In this document: positions 63,281-64,000 of the stretch, in pieces
Layout of the letters: the number at the start of each line of letters is the position of its first letter
Position numbering within the stretch: position 1 is the stretch's first letter
Origin: Camelus dromedarius
Taxonomy: Eukaryota
Assembly (NCBI RefSeq): GCF_036321535.1
Contig: NC_087436.1
Location: 46,812,001-46,876,000, forward strand
Direction of reading: 5' to 3'
DNA: 64,000 nucleotides
The notes under the pieces: model-generated
Told to the model about the DNA's origin: nothing
The model's input: only the letters and a program-made list of their open reading frames with translations
The model's database searches: none
Program-made: the position numbers and the translations under genes

Positions 63281-63677
63281 TATCAGCAAGCTCTAGAAAT
63301 GATCTGAAAATTGTAAAGTATTGTATTTTCCATCAATGGTAATAGACCATTGCCTGGAGAGTTAATGGACAGAAGAAGATGCTATCAATTCCTGAAAGAT
63401 TATTGTATATTTCCATAGAAATAAAACACATCACATGTACTCACTACACAAATATGAAGTGAAGCACAGGGTTTTAAATTAAGGTAAAGTCTTATAAACA
63501 AGTCCCCTAATGTTCACCACGAGGAAGACAAGAACATCTCAAAACAGTGATGAGTTTGTTCTAGGCCATCCATCTTCTCACTCGGTCTTCCAATGGCAAA
63601 GGGCCACAGCCACCAGGCAGCTCTAAGCCCTCTCAAGACCATATCTATGTGAAGCTAATTGGTCCTCCCATCGATCC

Positions 63678-63826
63678 TGGAGTGTGAGCTCTAAGAGGGC
63701 AGGAACCTGACTTACTCTCCACTGTGTCCCCACACCTAGTATGTGACACATGGGATGTGTCTGCATGTGATCAGTTCATGACACACAGTAGGTTCTCAAT
63801 CATTATTTGTTGAGTAAATGAATGAC
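63678..63826 (+). mobile_element. L2 3' end
   Basis: 'ctggagtgtgagctctaagagggcaggaacc...cacagtaggttctcaatcattatttgttgagtaaatgaatga'. Confidence 0.85.
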
Positions 63827-64000
63827 GGTTTATGACTTGGGTCTCACTTGCCCTCAGCTTATCCTGAGCTTCATATAAGAAGGAGGAGGAAGTGAAAGAC
63901 ATTATTTAGTTAATTTGGGTTTCCCCCCAAGCTGTGCTTTGATCATTTTGACATTTATCAGGTTCCTGCATCCATCTAAACACTCTTCAAGATACCCTCA

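Noticed and set aside
1..64000. CRISPR arrays, prokaryotic operons or intact retroviral/transposase ORFs
   Set aside because: No regularly spaced repeats with unique spacers, no long ORFs, and all mobile elements are fragmentary or non-autonomous.

Overview
This is mammalian genomic DNA, very probably camelid (camel, alpaca, llama or vicuna). The evidence is a tRNA-Ala-derived vic-1-type SINE and cetartiodactyl-type L1 3' ends; I noticed no Alu, B1, Bov-tA or PRE-1 elements. The window looks intergenic or deep intronic. It is dominated by old interspersed repeats (MIR, L2, L3/CR1, L1M subfamilies, MLT1/LTR16/LTR33/MER41-like LTRs, hAT-Charlie elements) and microsatellites. I cannot support any known protein-coding gene, and the ORF track looks like chance ORFs. 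There is no rRNA, functional tRNA or CRISPR array, and I found no convincing new biological system. The most notable items are: (i) a 295-bp chimeric L1/unknown-sequence insertion with perfect 17-bp target-site duplications (TSDs) inside an MLT1 LTR; (ii) an old L1 whose missing interior is bridged by a ~50-bp copy of nearby flanking DNA; (iii) a 45-bp ultra-truncated L1 with perfect TSDs; (iv) CpG-rich promoter-like islands, one with GC box + TATA + a steroid response element; (v) homeodomain/TCF motif clusters resembling developmental enhancers; (vi) candidate exons of an unannotated lncRNA or small-ORF transcript. Repeat subfamily names come from recalled consensus similarity, and their boundaries are approximate unless TSDs are given.
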